Of a stretch of 64,000 nucleotides of DNA, positions 38,257-48,382 are shown one piece after another (the stretch's first letter is position 1; the number at the start of each line of letters is the position of its first letter). Below the pieces are notes generated by a model. That model saw only the letters and a list, made by a program, of their open reading frames with translations. It searched no databases and was not told the origin of the DNA. Origin of the DNA: Alphaproteobacteria bacterium (GTDB lineage: Bacteria > Pseudomonadota > Alphaproteobacteria > CALKHQ01); assembly GCA_965227515.1 (NCBI GenBank), contig CBDDFZ010000001.1, positions 3,680,001 through 3,744,000 on the forward strand, written 5' to 3'. The position numbers and the translations under genes are program-made.

Positions 38257-39508
38257 GGCCGACCTCCACATAGGTCTCGACGTCGGCACGTCCGGCGCGC
38301 GCGCCATCGCCATCGACGCGTCCGGTGCGGTGCGGGCCGAAGCCAAGGCCGACATGGCCGCCTTCGGTGCCAACCGGCGGTCGCCCCGGACCTGGTGGGA
38401 CACGGCACGAACGGCGATCGCCGGGGTGCTGGCAGACGTGGCCCCGCATCGCGTGCGCTCCATCGCCGTGGACGGCACCTCTGGCACAATGCTGCCCATC
38501 CGCGCGGACGGAACGCCGCTGACGGACGGGCTGATGTACAACGATGCCTGCGAGGACGCCGGAATCCTCGCCCGGATCGACGATACCGCTCCTGCCGACA
38601 GTGCGGCGCGCGGCATCTCATCCGGATTGGCCCGCGCCCTCACTTTGTCCCGCTGTCGGCCTGATCTGATCATCCACCAGGCGGACTGGATCGCCGGCCG
38701 GTTGTCGGGACGCTGGGTCAGCGACGAGAACAACGCGCTGAAGACAGGCTACGATCTCGGCATTTCCGCGTGGCCGGACTGGATCGCCGAGACCGGGCTC
38801 GATATGGGCCTGTTGCCGGACGTGGTGCCACCCGGAACCCTGGTCGGGCAGATCGCAGCCGCAGCCGCGTCGGAATTCGGACTCCGCCAGGACACGTGCG
38901 TCGTCGCCGGCACCACGGACGGCTGCGCCAGCTTCATAGCCACAGGCGCCGACGGGCCGGGCGACGGGGTCACCGCACTGGGCACGACGCTGACGATCAA
39001 GATGCTGTCCGACAAGCCAATCTCGGCGCCGGCGTTCGGCATCTACAGCCATCGGATCGCCGGCAATTGGCTGGCCGGCGGTGCATCGAACTCCGGCGGC
39101 AACGTGCTGCTCAAGTTTTTCGACGCAGACCGACTTGCGGCATTGTCGGCCCTGATCGATACCGACCAGGATTACGACCTCGGATACTATCCGCTCGCGG
39201 CACCCGGCGAGCGCTTTCCCATCGCGGACCCCACGCTTGCGCCACGGACCGAGCCACGGCCCACGGACGACGTCGCCTTTCTCGGCGGCCTGCTGGATGG
39301 CATCGCCGGCATCGAGGCCCTGGGCTACCGGCGCCTCCAGGAACAGGGCGCGCCGCGCCTCGTTTCGATCCGCACGGTCGGCGGCGGCGCGAAGAACGCG
39401 GCCTGGACCGGGCTGCGTCAACGTCGGCTGGATGTACCGATGCGGCCGCCGACGAGTATCGAGGCAGCCTATGGAACGGCACTGCTGGCAAGACAGGGCG
39501 TCGCATGA
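38249..39508 (+). CDS. FGGY-family carbohydrate kinase
   Basis: IGLDVGTSG, VDGTSGT, GTTDG, GGASNSGG, VGGGAKN. Confidence 0.9.
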   Translation: MPEADLHIGLDVGTSGARAIAIDASGAVRAEAKADMAAFGANRRSPRTWWDTARTAIAGVLADVAPHRVRSIAVDGTSGTMLPIRADGTPLTDGLMYNDACEDAGILARIDDTAPADSAARGISSGLARALTLSRCRPDLIIHQADWIAGRLSGRWVSDENNALKTGYDLGISAWPDWIAETGLDMGLLPDVVPPGTLVGQIAAAAASEFGLRQDTCVVAGTTDGCASFIATGADGPGDGVTALGTTLTIKMLSDKPISAPAFGIYSHRIAGNWLAGGASNSGGNVLLKFFDADRLAALSALIDTDQDYDLGYYPLAAPGERFPIADPTLAPRTEPRPTDDVAFLGGLLDGIAGIEALGYRRLQEQGAPRLVSIRTVGGGAKNAAWTGLRQRRLDVPMRPPTSIEAAYGTALLARQGVA

Positions 39509-39518
39509 TGGCGACAAC

Positions 39519-39550
39519 CCTGAATACGAACTAGCCTGAATACGATCTAG
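39519..39550 (+). repeat. 16-nt tandem direct repeat
   Basis: CCTGAATACGAACTAG / CCTGAATACGATCTAG, one mismatch. Confidence 0.8.
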
Positions 39551-39560
39551 GAGACGCTGC

Positions 39561-40493
39561 GTGGCCTTTACCCTGTCGCTCAACGCCAATCCGCTGGTGA
39601 ACCGCTTCGCCGACCCGGACGACCTGATCGAGACGGTGGCGCGCGACCTGCGGATACGCGACCTGCAACTGACGCACGAGTTCATCAACCCAAGCTGGCC
39701 AGCGCCGGTGACCCGGCGATTGACCCGCCAGATGTCCGCCGCGTTAGGGCGCACCGGCGTGCGGATCACCTCCGGCATGACCGGGCCGTATGGGCGGCTC
39801 AACCACTTCGGGCATCCCGACGAGGGCGTGCGGCGCTACTATGTGGACTGGTTCAATGGCCTGGCCGACATCATCGCCGATCTCGGCGGCGAGGCGATCG
39901 GCACCCAGTTCGCCATCTTCACCTACCGCGACTATGACGATCTCGCTCGGCGGGACGAGTTGATCGACATCGCCATAGAGTGCTGGGCGACGGTCGCCGA
40001 GCATGCGAAAGCTGCCGGCCTCCGCTATGTCTTCTGGGAGCCCATGAGCATCGGGCGCGAGTTCGGCGAGACCATCGAGGCCTGCCTGGCGCTGCAGGCG
40101 CGCATCGGGGCGGCGAACATGGCGGTGCCGATGTGGATGATGGCCGATATCGACCACGGCGACGTCACCAGCGCCAATCCCGACGACTACGACCCCTACG
40201 CGTGGGCCCGTGCCGTGCCGAAGCTCTCCCCGATCATCCACATCAAGCAGTCGCTGATGGACAAGAGTGGCCACCGCCCGTTCACGGCGGCATTCAACGC
40301 CAAGGGCAGTATTCAGCCCGAGCCCCTGATCGCCGCATTCCGCGAGGGCGGCGGGGCCGACAACGAGATCTGCCTGGAACTCGGGTTCAAGGAGCGCGAG
40401 CCGAACGACCGCGAGGTCATCCCGCAGATCGCGGAGTCCGTGGCCTTCTGGGCGCCCTATATCGAGACCGGCGTGAACGACCTCAACATCTGA
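39561..40493 (+). CDS. eryC: TIM-barrel sugar-phosphate epimerase (D-erythrulose-1-P 3-epimerase-like)
   Basis: LSLNANPLVNRFA, GPYGRLNHFGHPD, WEPMS, DIDHGD, HIKQS, FKERE match remembered EryC features. Confidence 0.8.
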   Translation: MAFTLSLNANPLVNRFADPDDLIETVARDLRIRDLQLTHEFINPSWPAPVTRRLTRQMSAALGRTGVRITSGMTGPYGRLNHFGHPDEGVRRYYVDWFNGLADIIADLGGEAIGTQFAIFTYRDYDDLARRDELIDIAIECWATVAEHAKAAGLRYVFWEPMSIGREFGETIEACLALQARIGAANMAVPMWMMADIDHGDVTSANPDDYDPYAWARAVPKLSPIIHIKQSLMDKSGHRPFTAAFNAKGSIQPEPLIAAFREGGGADNEICLELGFKEREPNDREVIPQIAESVAFWAPYIETGVNDLNI

Positions 40494-40531
40494 TCCGGCG
40501 CCGTGCCGCCGTCATTCAAGGGAGCTGAACG

Positions 40532-40987
40532 ATGAAGATTGCTGTAGCGGGCGACAGTGCGGGCGAAGGGTTGGCGCATACGCTGGCCGAGTACTTGAAG
40601 GAACGCTACGACGTGGCCGAGGTGTCGCATGGTGCGAACGGCCCCGATCCGTTCTATGCCTACCTGTCCGACCGCGTGGCGTCCGGCGTGATGGACGGGA
40701 CCTACGACCGGGCGATTCTGATCTGCGGCACCGGAATCGGTGTTTGCATCTCCGCCAACAAAGTGCCCGGAATTCGTGCCGCGCTGACGCACGATACCTA
40801 CTCGGCGGAGCGCGCCGCACTCTCCAACAATGCGCAGATCATCACCATGGGCGCGCGCGTCGTCGGCCCGGAGGTCGCGAAGTCGATCGCGGATGCCTTC
40901 CTGCGGGAGACCTTCGACGAGAACGGCCGCTCCGCGGGCAATGTCCGGGCGATCAACGAAGTCGACGCCAAGTACAACGCACGCTAG
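40532..40987 (+). CDS. rpiB: RpiB/LacA-LacB isomerase (D-erythrulose-4-P isomerase DerI/EryI-like)
   Basis: [40 protein letters not shown]. Confidence 0.88.
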   Translation: MKIAVAGDSAGEGLAHTLAEYLKERYDVAEVSHGANGPDPFYAYLSDRVASGVMDGTYDRAILICGTGIGVCISANKVPGIRAALTHDTYSAERAALSNNAQIITMGARVVGPEVAKSIADAFLRETFDENGRSAGNVRAINEVDAKYNAR

Positions 40988-41110
40988 CGCATGATCATTT
41001 CAGTCGGCACCGGCCCTCACCCCCACCCGGCCACCCCGCAGGATACTTTCGTGGGTGGCCAAGTGGGGGTGAGAGCCGGTGCCGATTCAGCGAAAGCGAA
41101 GAACGATCTG
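40985..41110 (+). repeat. ~127-bp palindromic MITE/RIME-like element, copy 2
   Basis: TAGCGCATGATCATTTCAGTCGGCACCGGCCCTCACCCCCACCCGGCCACCC...; matches the reverse complement of 5784-5910; first TAG is the rpiB stop. Confidence 0.85.
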
Positions 41111-41120
41111 GAACGCCGCG

Positions 41121-41912
41121 TCAGAACGCGCAGGTTTCGGTTGGCAGTTCAGACTCGATGACCGGGCCGGCGTCCGCATCGTCCCGGCTGTAGACATCTG
41201 GATAGCGTCGCAAGTGGCCATCATCGTCCGGAAATACCGTGAAGTAGTCGAGCGTGACCGGGGTTGGAGGCGTCTCGTGATCAAAGGTCCGACTGCCGTC
41301 GGCCCAGTCATGTACCGTTGCCAGGTCCACGTCGATTAGCCAGGCGATCAGCTCATCCCATCGCTGTACCCGAACGCACCCGTGCGACAGCGCGCGCGCG
41401 TCCTCGTCGAACAGCTCGCGCCGGTTCGTGTCATGCAGGTAGACCAACAATCCTGGCTCAAGCCGTATGGCAGCGAGACCGAGCGGGTTGTTGCGTCCCG
41501 GCCCGACGACCCGGTCCTGGTACTCACCGCTGGCGACCATAGAGGGCGTAGGCCGCCAGGTCGGGCGGAAACGAACGGCAGTGGTGTAAGTCTCGAGAAT
41601 TGGAGTTTGGGTCCACGGCGTGCCGACGATCACCCGGCTGCGCAGCACCGGTTCGCCATCAAAAAAAGCGACGAGCTCAAACGCCGGAATGTTGACCAGG
41701 ATGGCCTTGCCGGCGGTCGGCACCTTGAAATCGATACCGGCTTGGTCAAGCCAGTGCTGAAACGGCGGCTCGGGCTCAGCGGCGTCGGCGGCAGAAACCG
41801 CGGCCAGGTCGATTCTTGGCGGCAGGGCCTGGGTCGCGCAGGCAGTCGCCAACAACATGCCCAGGCAGAACAGTAACCGTGGTCTGAACCCGGACTTCCG
41901 AAAAAATCTCAT
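41121..41912 (-). CDS. L,D-transpeptidase (YkuD) family lipoprotein
   Basis: VNIPAFEL, VIVG, NPLG, YLHDT...ALSHGCVRV catalytic H/C; lipobox LATA-C; start uncertain (41912 or 41918). Confidence 0.85.
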   Translation of the reverse strand: MRFFRKSGFRPRLLFCLGMLLATACATQALPPRIDLAAVSAADAAEPEPPFQHWLDQAGIDFKVPTAGKAILVNIPAFELVAFFDGEPVLRSRVIVGTPWTQTPILETYTTAVRFRPTWRPTPSMVASGEYQDRVVGPGRNNPLGLAAIRLEPGLLVYLHDTNRRELFDEDARALSHGCVRVQRWDELIAWLIDVDLATVHDWADGSRTFDHETPPTPVTLDYFTVFPDDDGHLRRYPDVYSRDDADAGPVIESELPTETCAF

Positions 41913-42266
41913 GATCATGCATCGATGGCCAGCATGAGTGCGGTCGATAACGCGAGGTCCCACCCTACCGGCGCCCGCAAATCTAGTCGAGTGGGCTAGG
42001 GGAAATGCTGTGCACCCGGGCGCACCGTCTCGGGGCAAGGGTTCTCGCAATTTGGCTTGACGCAATGACCGGTCGCATGGCCCACAGGCATTCACGCCCG
42101 CTCTCACGCGACGGAGGTAAGTCAGGTAGATGGGTTGCAGTGCCCTATCTGGGCCAAAGCGAATTCAACTGCGGGCAGATCGCACTGTCGGTCAGGCCAC
42201 ATTCTGGCGACCAATGGTGCTAATCTGTCGGAGTGTTTTTCATCCGAATTGAGTGAGTGGAAGAGT

Positions 42267-43709
42267 TTGACTCTCATCGCCGTTCAAGATGCTCCAAGCG
42301 CCAGGCAGCAGGTTGCCGCGCGTGTCGTCGAGGCTCTGCCGCGTCTGTCGGCGCTGTTGAGCGGCCAGGATGCGGTCACGACCGCCAACGCGGTGCGCGA
42401 GCACCACAGCCGGGGCGAAGGCATACCGGACCAGGCGTTGCCCGACGCGGTCGTGTTTCCGGAGAGCAATGACGAGGTCGCGACGGTCGCCCGGCTCTGC
42501 AACGACCACCGCATACCGATCATCCCGTTCGGTGTCGGCACGTCGCTGGAGGGCCACATCGCAGCGATCCATGGCGGCGTGACGCTCGACCTGTCGCGCA
42601 TGAACAAGGTGCTCGAGGTGTCCCAGGCCGGTCTCGACTGCCGGGTGCAGGCCGGCGTCACCCGCGAGCAATTGAATGCCGACCTCAGGGACTCGGGCCT
42701 GTATTTCCCGGTCGATCCCGGCGCGGACGCGACGCTGGGCGGCATGGCGGCGACCCGTGCATCGGGCACCGCGGCGGTGCGCTATGGCACGATGCGCGAG
42801 AACGTGCTGGGGCTGACCGTCGTCACGCCGGACGGGCGCTGCATCCGCACCGGCAGCCGCGCCCGCAAGAGCGCGACGGGCTATGACCTGACCAGGCTGT
42901 TCGTGGGCAGCGAGGGCACGCTCGGCATCATCACCGAGGTACAATTGAAGCTCTACGGCCGGCCGGAGGTGGAGCGCGCCGCGGTCTGCCAGTTCCCGAC
43001 GGTGCGCGATGCCCTTGCCGTCACCGTCGCCATCCTGCAGATGGGCATTCCCATCGCGCGGATCGAACTCCTGAACGCCATGCAGGCGCGCATGGCGATC
43101 CAGTACAACAAGAGCACCGATTTCCATCCGGTCCCGACCCTGTTCCTCGAGTTCCAGGGGCCGCCCGCCGCGGTCGCCGAGCAGGTCGAGCTGGTCGACA
43201 TGCTCTGCGAGGAGAGTGGCGGCGGCGGATTTCGCTGGGCCGAAAGCCAGGAGGACCGCAACCGGCTGTGGAAGCTGCGCCACACCGGCTACTACGCCAA
43301 CCTCCACTACCTGCCGAACAAGGCGGTGATGAGCACGGATGCGTGCGTGCCGATTTCCGAGCTGGCCGACTGCATCCTGGAGACGGAAGCGGACATCGAG
43401 GAAACCGGCATGATAGCCGCGCTGACCGGCCATGTCGGCGACGGCAATTTCCACCTCGGCATACTGTTCGACCCGGACTCCGCTGAGGAACGGGCTGCCG
43501 CCGACGGCCTCGCCTACCGCACCGGCGAGCGCGCGCTACGCTTCGGCGGCACCGTGTCGGGCGAGCACGGCATCGGCATGCACAAGCTCGACCTCGCGGC
43601 CCAGGAGCACGGCGAGGCCCTCGACCTGATGTGGACGATCAAGAACGCGCTCGATCCCAACGGGATCATGAACCCCGGCAAGCTGCTGAAAGGCCCGGTA
43701 GGGCCCTGA
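42267..43709 (+). CDS. FAD-linked oxidase, D-lactate dehydrogenase (cytochrome)/GlcD-like
   Basis: PFGVGTSLEGH, PVDPGADATLGGM, GSEGTLG, GHVGDGNFH, GEHGIG, DPNGIMNPGK; start approximate. Confidence 0.87.
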   Translation: MTLIAVQDAPSARQQVAARVVEALPRLSALLSGQDAVTTANAVREHHSRGEGIPDQALPDAVVFPESNDEVATVARLCNDHRIPIIPFGVGTSLEGHIAAIHGGVTLDLSRMNKVLEVSQAGLDCRVQAGVTREQLNADLRDSGLYFPVDPGADATLGGMAATRASGTAAVRYGTMRENVLGLTVVTPDGRCIRTGSRARKSATGYDLTRLFVGSEGTLGIITEVQLKLYGRPEVERAAVCQFPTVRDALAVTVAILQMGIPIARIELLNAMQARMAIQYNKSTDFHPVPTLFLEFQGPPAAVAEQVELVDMLCEESGGGGFRWAESQEDRNRLWKLRHTGYYANLHYLPNKAVMSTDACVPISELADCILETEADIEETGMIAALTGHVGDGNFHLGILFDPDSAEERAAADGLAYRTGERALRFGGTVSGEHGIGMHKLDLAAQEHGEALDLMWTIKNALDPNGIMNPGKLLKGPVGP

Positions 43710-43713
43710 TCGC

Positions 43714-44643
43714 TCAAGCAGCCGCGGAGAAGTCGTAGGCGTCGGCCCGGCGCAGCGCCTCGCCGATCCGCGCGAGCTGTTCCTCCGGCACCCGGTTGAA
43801 CGGCGCGCGGCACGGCCCGACCTGGCGGCCCTGCATGTTGATGCACGCCTTCACCCCGGCCGGCCAGTTGTAGCGGCTGATCTGGCTGCACACGTCGGTG
43901 ATGACGAAATGCAGGTCCTGGGCGCGCTTGAAGTCGCTGCCGTGGATGGCGTCCCACAACGCGATGCAGTGGCGGGGCAGCAGGGCGGCCGCACCGGAGA
44001 TCGACCCGGTCGCGCCCAGCGCCAGGCCCGGATAGAGCAGCCAGTCGTGCGCCCAGGTGACCGAGATCTTGTCGCCCACCGTGTCCAGCAACTCGGTCAG
44101 CGTCTCCAGGCTGCCGCCGATGCTTTCCTTGATGCCGATCAGCCCGGTCTCGTGCCGGTTTTCCGCCATCCGCCGGATCAGGTGCGGCTGCACCGGCGCG
44201 TTGGTCAGCACATTGTAGATCACGATCGGCAACCCGGTTTCGCGATGGATCGCGGCATAGAAGTCGTACATGCCGTCGTCGGAGCAGATCTGATAGACCG
44301 GCGGCGTCACCATCACCGCCTGCGCACCGGCATCCTTCGCCGCCTGCGCGCGGCGCAACGCCTTGCGCGTCGAGGTGGTGATGATGCCCGCGATCACCGG
44401 GATCTTGCCGTTCACGACCGACTGGGCCGTGGACACGAGCTGGCCGAGCTCGTCGGCTTCCAGCGCGTGTCCCTCGCCGGTGCTGCCACCGACGCACACA
44501 CCGGTGACGCCCAGCGAAAGGTTCAGGTCGACCTCCCGGCGCAGCGCGTCCAGGTCCAGGTCCTCGTTGTCGGTGAACGGCGTCGCCAGCGGCGGAAACA
44601 CGCCGACGACATCTTCCTTGGTCAGCAGTCTTGGCATCGTCAT
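43714..44643 (-). CDS. DHDPS/NAL-family class I aldolase or dehydratase
   Basis: TPF, GSTGE, IYNV (Tyr), GIKES (Schiff-base Lys). Confidence 0.88.
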   Translation of the reverse strand: MTMPRLLTKEDVVGVFPPLATPFTDNEDLDLDALRREVDLNLSLGVTGVCVGGSTGEGHALEADELGQLVSTAQSVVNGKIPVIAGIITTSTRKALRRAQAAKDAGAQAVMVTPPVYQICSDDGMYDFYAAIHRETGLPIVIYNVLTNAPVQPHLIRRMAENRHETGLIGIKESIGGSLETLTELLDTVGDKISVTWAHDWLLYPGLALGATGSISGAAALLPRHCIALWDAIHGSDFKRAQDLHFVITDVCSQISRYNWPAGVKACINMQGRQVGPCRAPFNRVPEEQLARIGEALRRADAYDFSAAA

Positions 44644-44651
44644 TTCCCTTC

Positions 44652-45566
44652 CTAAGACGACATAACCGGTGTCGGTGAGACGGTCTCGAACGCGCCGCCG
44701 TTGCGCGCGCTGCGCTCGGCCGCGTCCAGCACCGCCATGATGTGCAGCACCAGCGAAAGTTGGCCAGGGTCCGGCTGGCGGACACGCGCCAGCAGCAGGT
44801 CGACGGCGCCGGCGAAGGCGACCGGTCTTTCGTAGCGCACCGGGTCGATCGTCAGTGGCGTCGCGCCACCGTTGAACGCATACGACTCGTGAAGCTCGGT
44901 GGCCGGGTCGACCAGATCGACCAGATGGGACGATTGCGCGCCCGACGCGTGCTCGTACGCCAGCTTGACGATACCCCGCTTCGGCGACGTTGCGCGCACG
45001 CGCACAATCAGGCCGAGCCCGTCGTGCAGCACGGTGATGCCGTGCGGCGCGGCATCCCACAACGCACCAAGCTCGTCATGGCGCCAGGTCGAGTTCTCGT
45101 AGGGGCTGCCGGGCAACAATGCGCCCGACCGCAGCACCGCCTGGCCATCGGTCGCCCCGGTGATGCGCGCCTCGGCCGCCAAATACGTCAGTGCGGCAAT
45201 GAACTGCCGGGTCAGGAAGCAGGATGCGGCAACGCCCGCGTCCGCGACGTTATTCGCAAGCCGAACCGCATCCGGAAAATTCGCGGCCAACGGCTTTTCC
45301 AGCAGCAGATGCTTGTCGGCGCGCGCCGCCCGCGCGGCCAGGTCCGCCTGCACCGCCGGCGGCACGACAAAGCTCACCGCATCGACATCATCCAGCATCG
45401 CGTCGACCTCGGCATAGGCCGCGATACCAAATTTCTGCGCCAGCGCTTCCCGGCGCTCCGGTGTACGGCCGTAAACGCCGGCAAGCTCGACGCCGACATG
45501 GGCGGCCAGTCCGGGCAAGTGCACGATCTCCGACCAGTGGGCGGTACCGCAGACCGCGATCCTCAT
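44652..45566 (-). CDS. Gfo/Idh/MocA oxidoreductase
   Basis: Rossmann start MRIAVCGT, LLEKP, GALWDAAPH. Confidence 0.82.
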   Translation of the reverse strand: MRIAVCGTAHWSEIVHLPGLAAHVGVELAGVYGRTPERREALAQKFGIAAYAEVDAMLDDVDAVSFVVPPAVQADLAARAARADKHLLLEKPLAANFPDAVRLANNVADAGVAASCFLTRQFIAALTYLAAEARITGATDGQAVLRSGALLPGSPYENSTWRHDELGALWDAAPHGITVLHDGLGLIVRVRATSPKRGIVKLAYEHASGAQSSHLVDLVDPATELHESYAFNGGATPLTIDPVRYERPVAFAGAVDLLLARVRQPDPGQLSLVLHIMAVLDAAERSARNGGAFETVSPTPVMSS

Positions 45567-45597
45567 GCTCTGGTCCCGCCGATGTCCGCCGGAAGCA

Positions 45598-46335
45598 TCA
45601 CGCCGCCGGACAGCCGAGCTGGTCGGCCAGGTCGTCGAACCCGTCGCACACGATATTGGCTGCCGGATCGGCCTCGGCATCGGGCGAGACCTCGTCGCCC
45701 CACTCGTCCGGACGGTTCACGAACGCGGTCGGCAGGCCATAGCTGTGGGCGGCGCGCAGGTCGTTGTTGTGACAGGTGACGAGCAGCACCTGCTGGTTGC
45801 GGCAGTCCATCCAATGCGCCGCGGTCTCGTAGGCACGGCGGTCGGTCTTGTAGATGCCGATCATCTCGCACGAGATGACCAGGTCCCAAGAGACCCCGAC
45901 ATGGCGGGAGGCCTCGACCACCAATGGCGTGCGCAGGATGGTGAACGGCGCGACCAGGAAACGGGTGCGCAGACGGGCGACACCGCCGACCACATCCGGC
46001 CACGCGTCAAGCCGCCGCCACGAGCGCACCAGCGTTTCGCGATCCTCAGCCGGCAGGTCCGACAGCCCGTGGTCTGCCAGCACGGGCTCCAGGGTCTGGC
46101 GCAGAACGTCGTCGAAGTCGATGCTGACGCGCCCGTCCTTCTGCGGCAGGCCGTCGTTGACCATGCCCGTCGAGAGCCGCCGCCAGTGCTTGGTCAGCTC
46201 GGTCCATGGCGCGTCCCGCCCCCGGCGTTGCCCCACCTCCTGGAACGCGCGCGTCACGCCCGGCAGCCAGTCCAGCACCGTGCCGCCGGTGTCGACCGCC
46301 AGCGCCTTGATCCCGCGCAGTGCCCCCTCGGTCAT
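45598..46335 (-). CDS. HAD hydrolase, haloacid dehalogenase type II-like
   Basis: DTGGTVLDW, WRRLDAWPDV, YKT, CHNNDL.AA. Confidence 0.8.
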   Translation of the reverse strand: MTEGALRGIKALAVDTGGTVLDWLPGVTRAFQEVGQRRGRDAPWTELTKHWRRLSTGMVNDGLPQKDGRVSIDFDDVLRQTLEPVLADHGLSDLPAEDRETLVRSWRRLDAWPDVVGGVARLRTRFLVAPFTILRTPLVVEASRHVGVSWDLVISCEMIGIYKTDRRAYETAAHWMDCRNQQVLLVTCHNNDLRAAHSYGLPTAFVNRPDEWGDEVSPDAEADPAANIVCDGFDDLADQLGCPAA

Positions 46336-46341
46336 GGCTGA

Positions 46342-47634
46342 CTACTCCTTGGAGAACACCAGGTCCGGCAGGAACACGACGATATCCGGGACCAGGGCGA
46401 TGATGACGTTGACAATGATCAGCGCGATGACGAACGGCAGGATTCCCCGGGCGGCGGCGCCGATGGATATCTTGGCGATGCCGGCGGCGATGAACATCAG
46501 GGTGCCGACCGGCGGGGTGACGCCGCCGATCAGGCAGGCAATGACGATGGCCACGCCGGAATGCACCGGGTCGTAGCCGATCGCCTCGCACACCTTGGCC
46601 AGCGGGGCCGCGAACATGATCAGGACGGCGGTGGCGTCGATGAACAGGCCGAGGAAAATCAGCGCCACCAGGATCAGCAGCATCTGAATCTCGGGCACGC
46701 CGGAGACCGTGGTCAGGATGTCGAGCAGCGTCGACTGGAACCGTGCCCGCGTCAGCAGGTTGGCGAACACCTGGGACGCGCCCAGGATCATGAACACCAT
46801 CGCCGTGGTGTAGCCCGCGCTCAGCACGGCCTTGCGCAGCTCGCCCTTGGTAAATCCGGAATAGACGAACTGGCCGAGCAGCAGCACCACCACAACCGCC
46901 ACCACGCCAGCCTCGGTCGGGGTGAAAAATCCGCCGATGATGCCGCCCAGGATGATGACCGGGATCAACATGGCGGGTCCGGACGTGCGGCCGACCTTGA
47001 GGAAGCCCTGCAGCGTGCGCTTCTCCGCCGCGCCGTCGGGTTCGATGCCCAGCCGCACGGCCTGGATGTGCGCGGTGATCATCAGCGCCAGGCCGACCAT
47101 CACACCCGGGATGGCGCCGCCCAGAAAGAGCTGGCCGGTGGAAACGCCGGTCAGGTAGCCGTAGATGATCATCAGTGTGGATGGCGGGATGATCGACCCG
47201 ATGACGGCGGCGGTCGCGGTGACCGCGGCAGCGTACGGCCGTGGATAGTTCTTCGACGCCATGCCGGGGATCAGGATCGAGCCCAACGCCGCGCTCTCTG
47301 CCACCGCCGACCCGGTGATGCCGCCGAACAGCATCGCCGCCACGATGTTGCAGTGCGCCAGGCCTGCGCGCATGCGCCCGACCAGGTAGCTGGCGAGGTC
47401 GACGATCTTCTCGGTCAGGTGGCAGGCCCCGGCCAGCGTGCCGGACAGCACGAAGAACGGGATCGCCATCAGCGGGAAGGAATCGATCCCGCCGAACATG
47501 CGGCTGACCACCAGCGTCAGCGGGATGTTGCCCTGCAGGATGGTGGGGATCAGCGATCCAAGGCCGATGGAGAACGCAATCGGCACCCCGAAGACGAGCA
47601 GGATCAGGAACGCGCCGAACAGAACGCCTACCAT
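46342..47634 (-). CDS. dctM: TRAP transporter large permease
   Basis: LMAIPFF, GGITGSAVAE, IIPPS, FTPTEA, TPPVG. Confidence 0.93.
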   Translation of the reverse strand: MVGVLFGAFLILLVFGVPIAFSIGLGSLIPTILQGNIPLTLVVSRMFGGIDSFPLMAIPFFVLSGTLAGACHLTEKIVDLASYLVGRMRAGLAHCNIVAAMLFGGITGSAVAESAALGSILIPGMASKNYPRPYAAAVTATAAVIGSIIPPSTLMIIYGYLTGVSTGQLFLGGAIPGVMVGLALMITAHIQAVRLGIEPDGAAEKRTLQGFLKVGRTSGPAMLIPVIILGGIIGGFFTPTEAGVVAVVVVLLLGQFVYSGFTKGELRKAVLSAGYTTAMVFMILGASQVFANLLTRARFQSTLLDILTTVSGVPEIQMLLILVALIFLGLFIDATAVLIMFAAPLAKVCEAIGYDPVHSGVAIVIACLIGGVTPPVGTLMFIAAGIAKISIGAAARGILPFVIALIIVNVIIALVPDIVVFLPDLVFSKE

Positions 47635-47694
47635 GCCGTCCGCCTCCCTGGTCCGGCTGCCGGGCCACTCCAGGCCCGACCGTTCAAGGCCAAT

Positions 47695-48204
47695 CTAGTC
47701 AAGGAACGTGCTCCTCTTGGCCTTGCCCTGGATCTCCAGGACGATCTGCCTGATCGTTTCGAAAAGCATGATCGCCGCACCCACCGGCACCGCGGCATTG
47801 GCGTAGGTCATCGGCATCTGCAGGGAGGCAGACTGCTGGGCGTAGTTGGAGATCGCCAGCTCCGCGCCGTAGTAGAGCAGCACCAGCTCAAACACGATCA
47901 TCAGCAGGTAGATGATGATGTGCGCCACGCGCCTGAGCGGCGGAATCAAGCGTTCGATGAAGATTTCCAGGCTCAGGTGGATGCCGAAGCGGATGCCGAG
48001 CCCGGCGCCCAGGAAAACGACCCAAATACTGACGTAGCGGGTCACTTCCTCGGCCCAGAAGATGCCGCCATAACCCGCGAACCGGTACACGGTGGACGCG
48101 AACGTCAGCGCCACCATGACGGTCAGGCCGAAGATAATCAGCGCCTCGACGATCGCGATGTAGACACGGGTCAGCAACGGGCACGGGTTCCGATCAGATG
48201 GCAA
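47695..48204 (-). CDS. dctQ: TRAP transporter small permease
   Basis: WAEEVTRY, VFLGA, GIHLS; four TMs; start uncertain. Confidence 0.88.
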   Translation of the reverse strand: MPSDRNPCPLLTRVYIAIVEALIIFGLTVMVALTFASTVYRFAGYGGIFWAEEVTRYVSIWVVFLGAGLGIRFGIHLSLEIFIERLIPPLRRVAHIIIYLLMIVFELVLLYYGAELAISNYAQQSASLQMPMTYANAAVPVGAAIMLFETIRQIVLEIQGKAKRSTFLD

Positions 48205-48382
48205 CGCCGCGAGCCGGCGCCCAATGTTCGTGCGAGTGGCGAAGGAATGGGTGCCGCGGCGCCGGATGCCACACTAGCGCGCGATGCCCCCGGAAGGACA
48301 CCGCCGGCACGACGGCAGACCAAAGCCGGCATCGGTCGGAGGCAGCCGCCTGGAGAGGATGGCGGCCGCCTCCATGCGGGGC

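Noticed and set aside
39519-39550. Tandem repeat considered as a CRISPR-like unit
   Set aside because: Only two adjacent 16-nt units, no spacers and no cas genes.
41913-42266. 350-bp intergenic region examined for an ncRNA or riboswitch
   Set aside because: No recognisable conserved RNA motif; consistent with a divergent promoter region.
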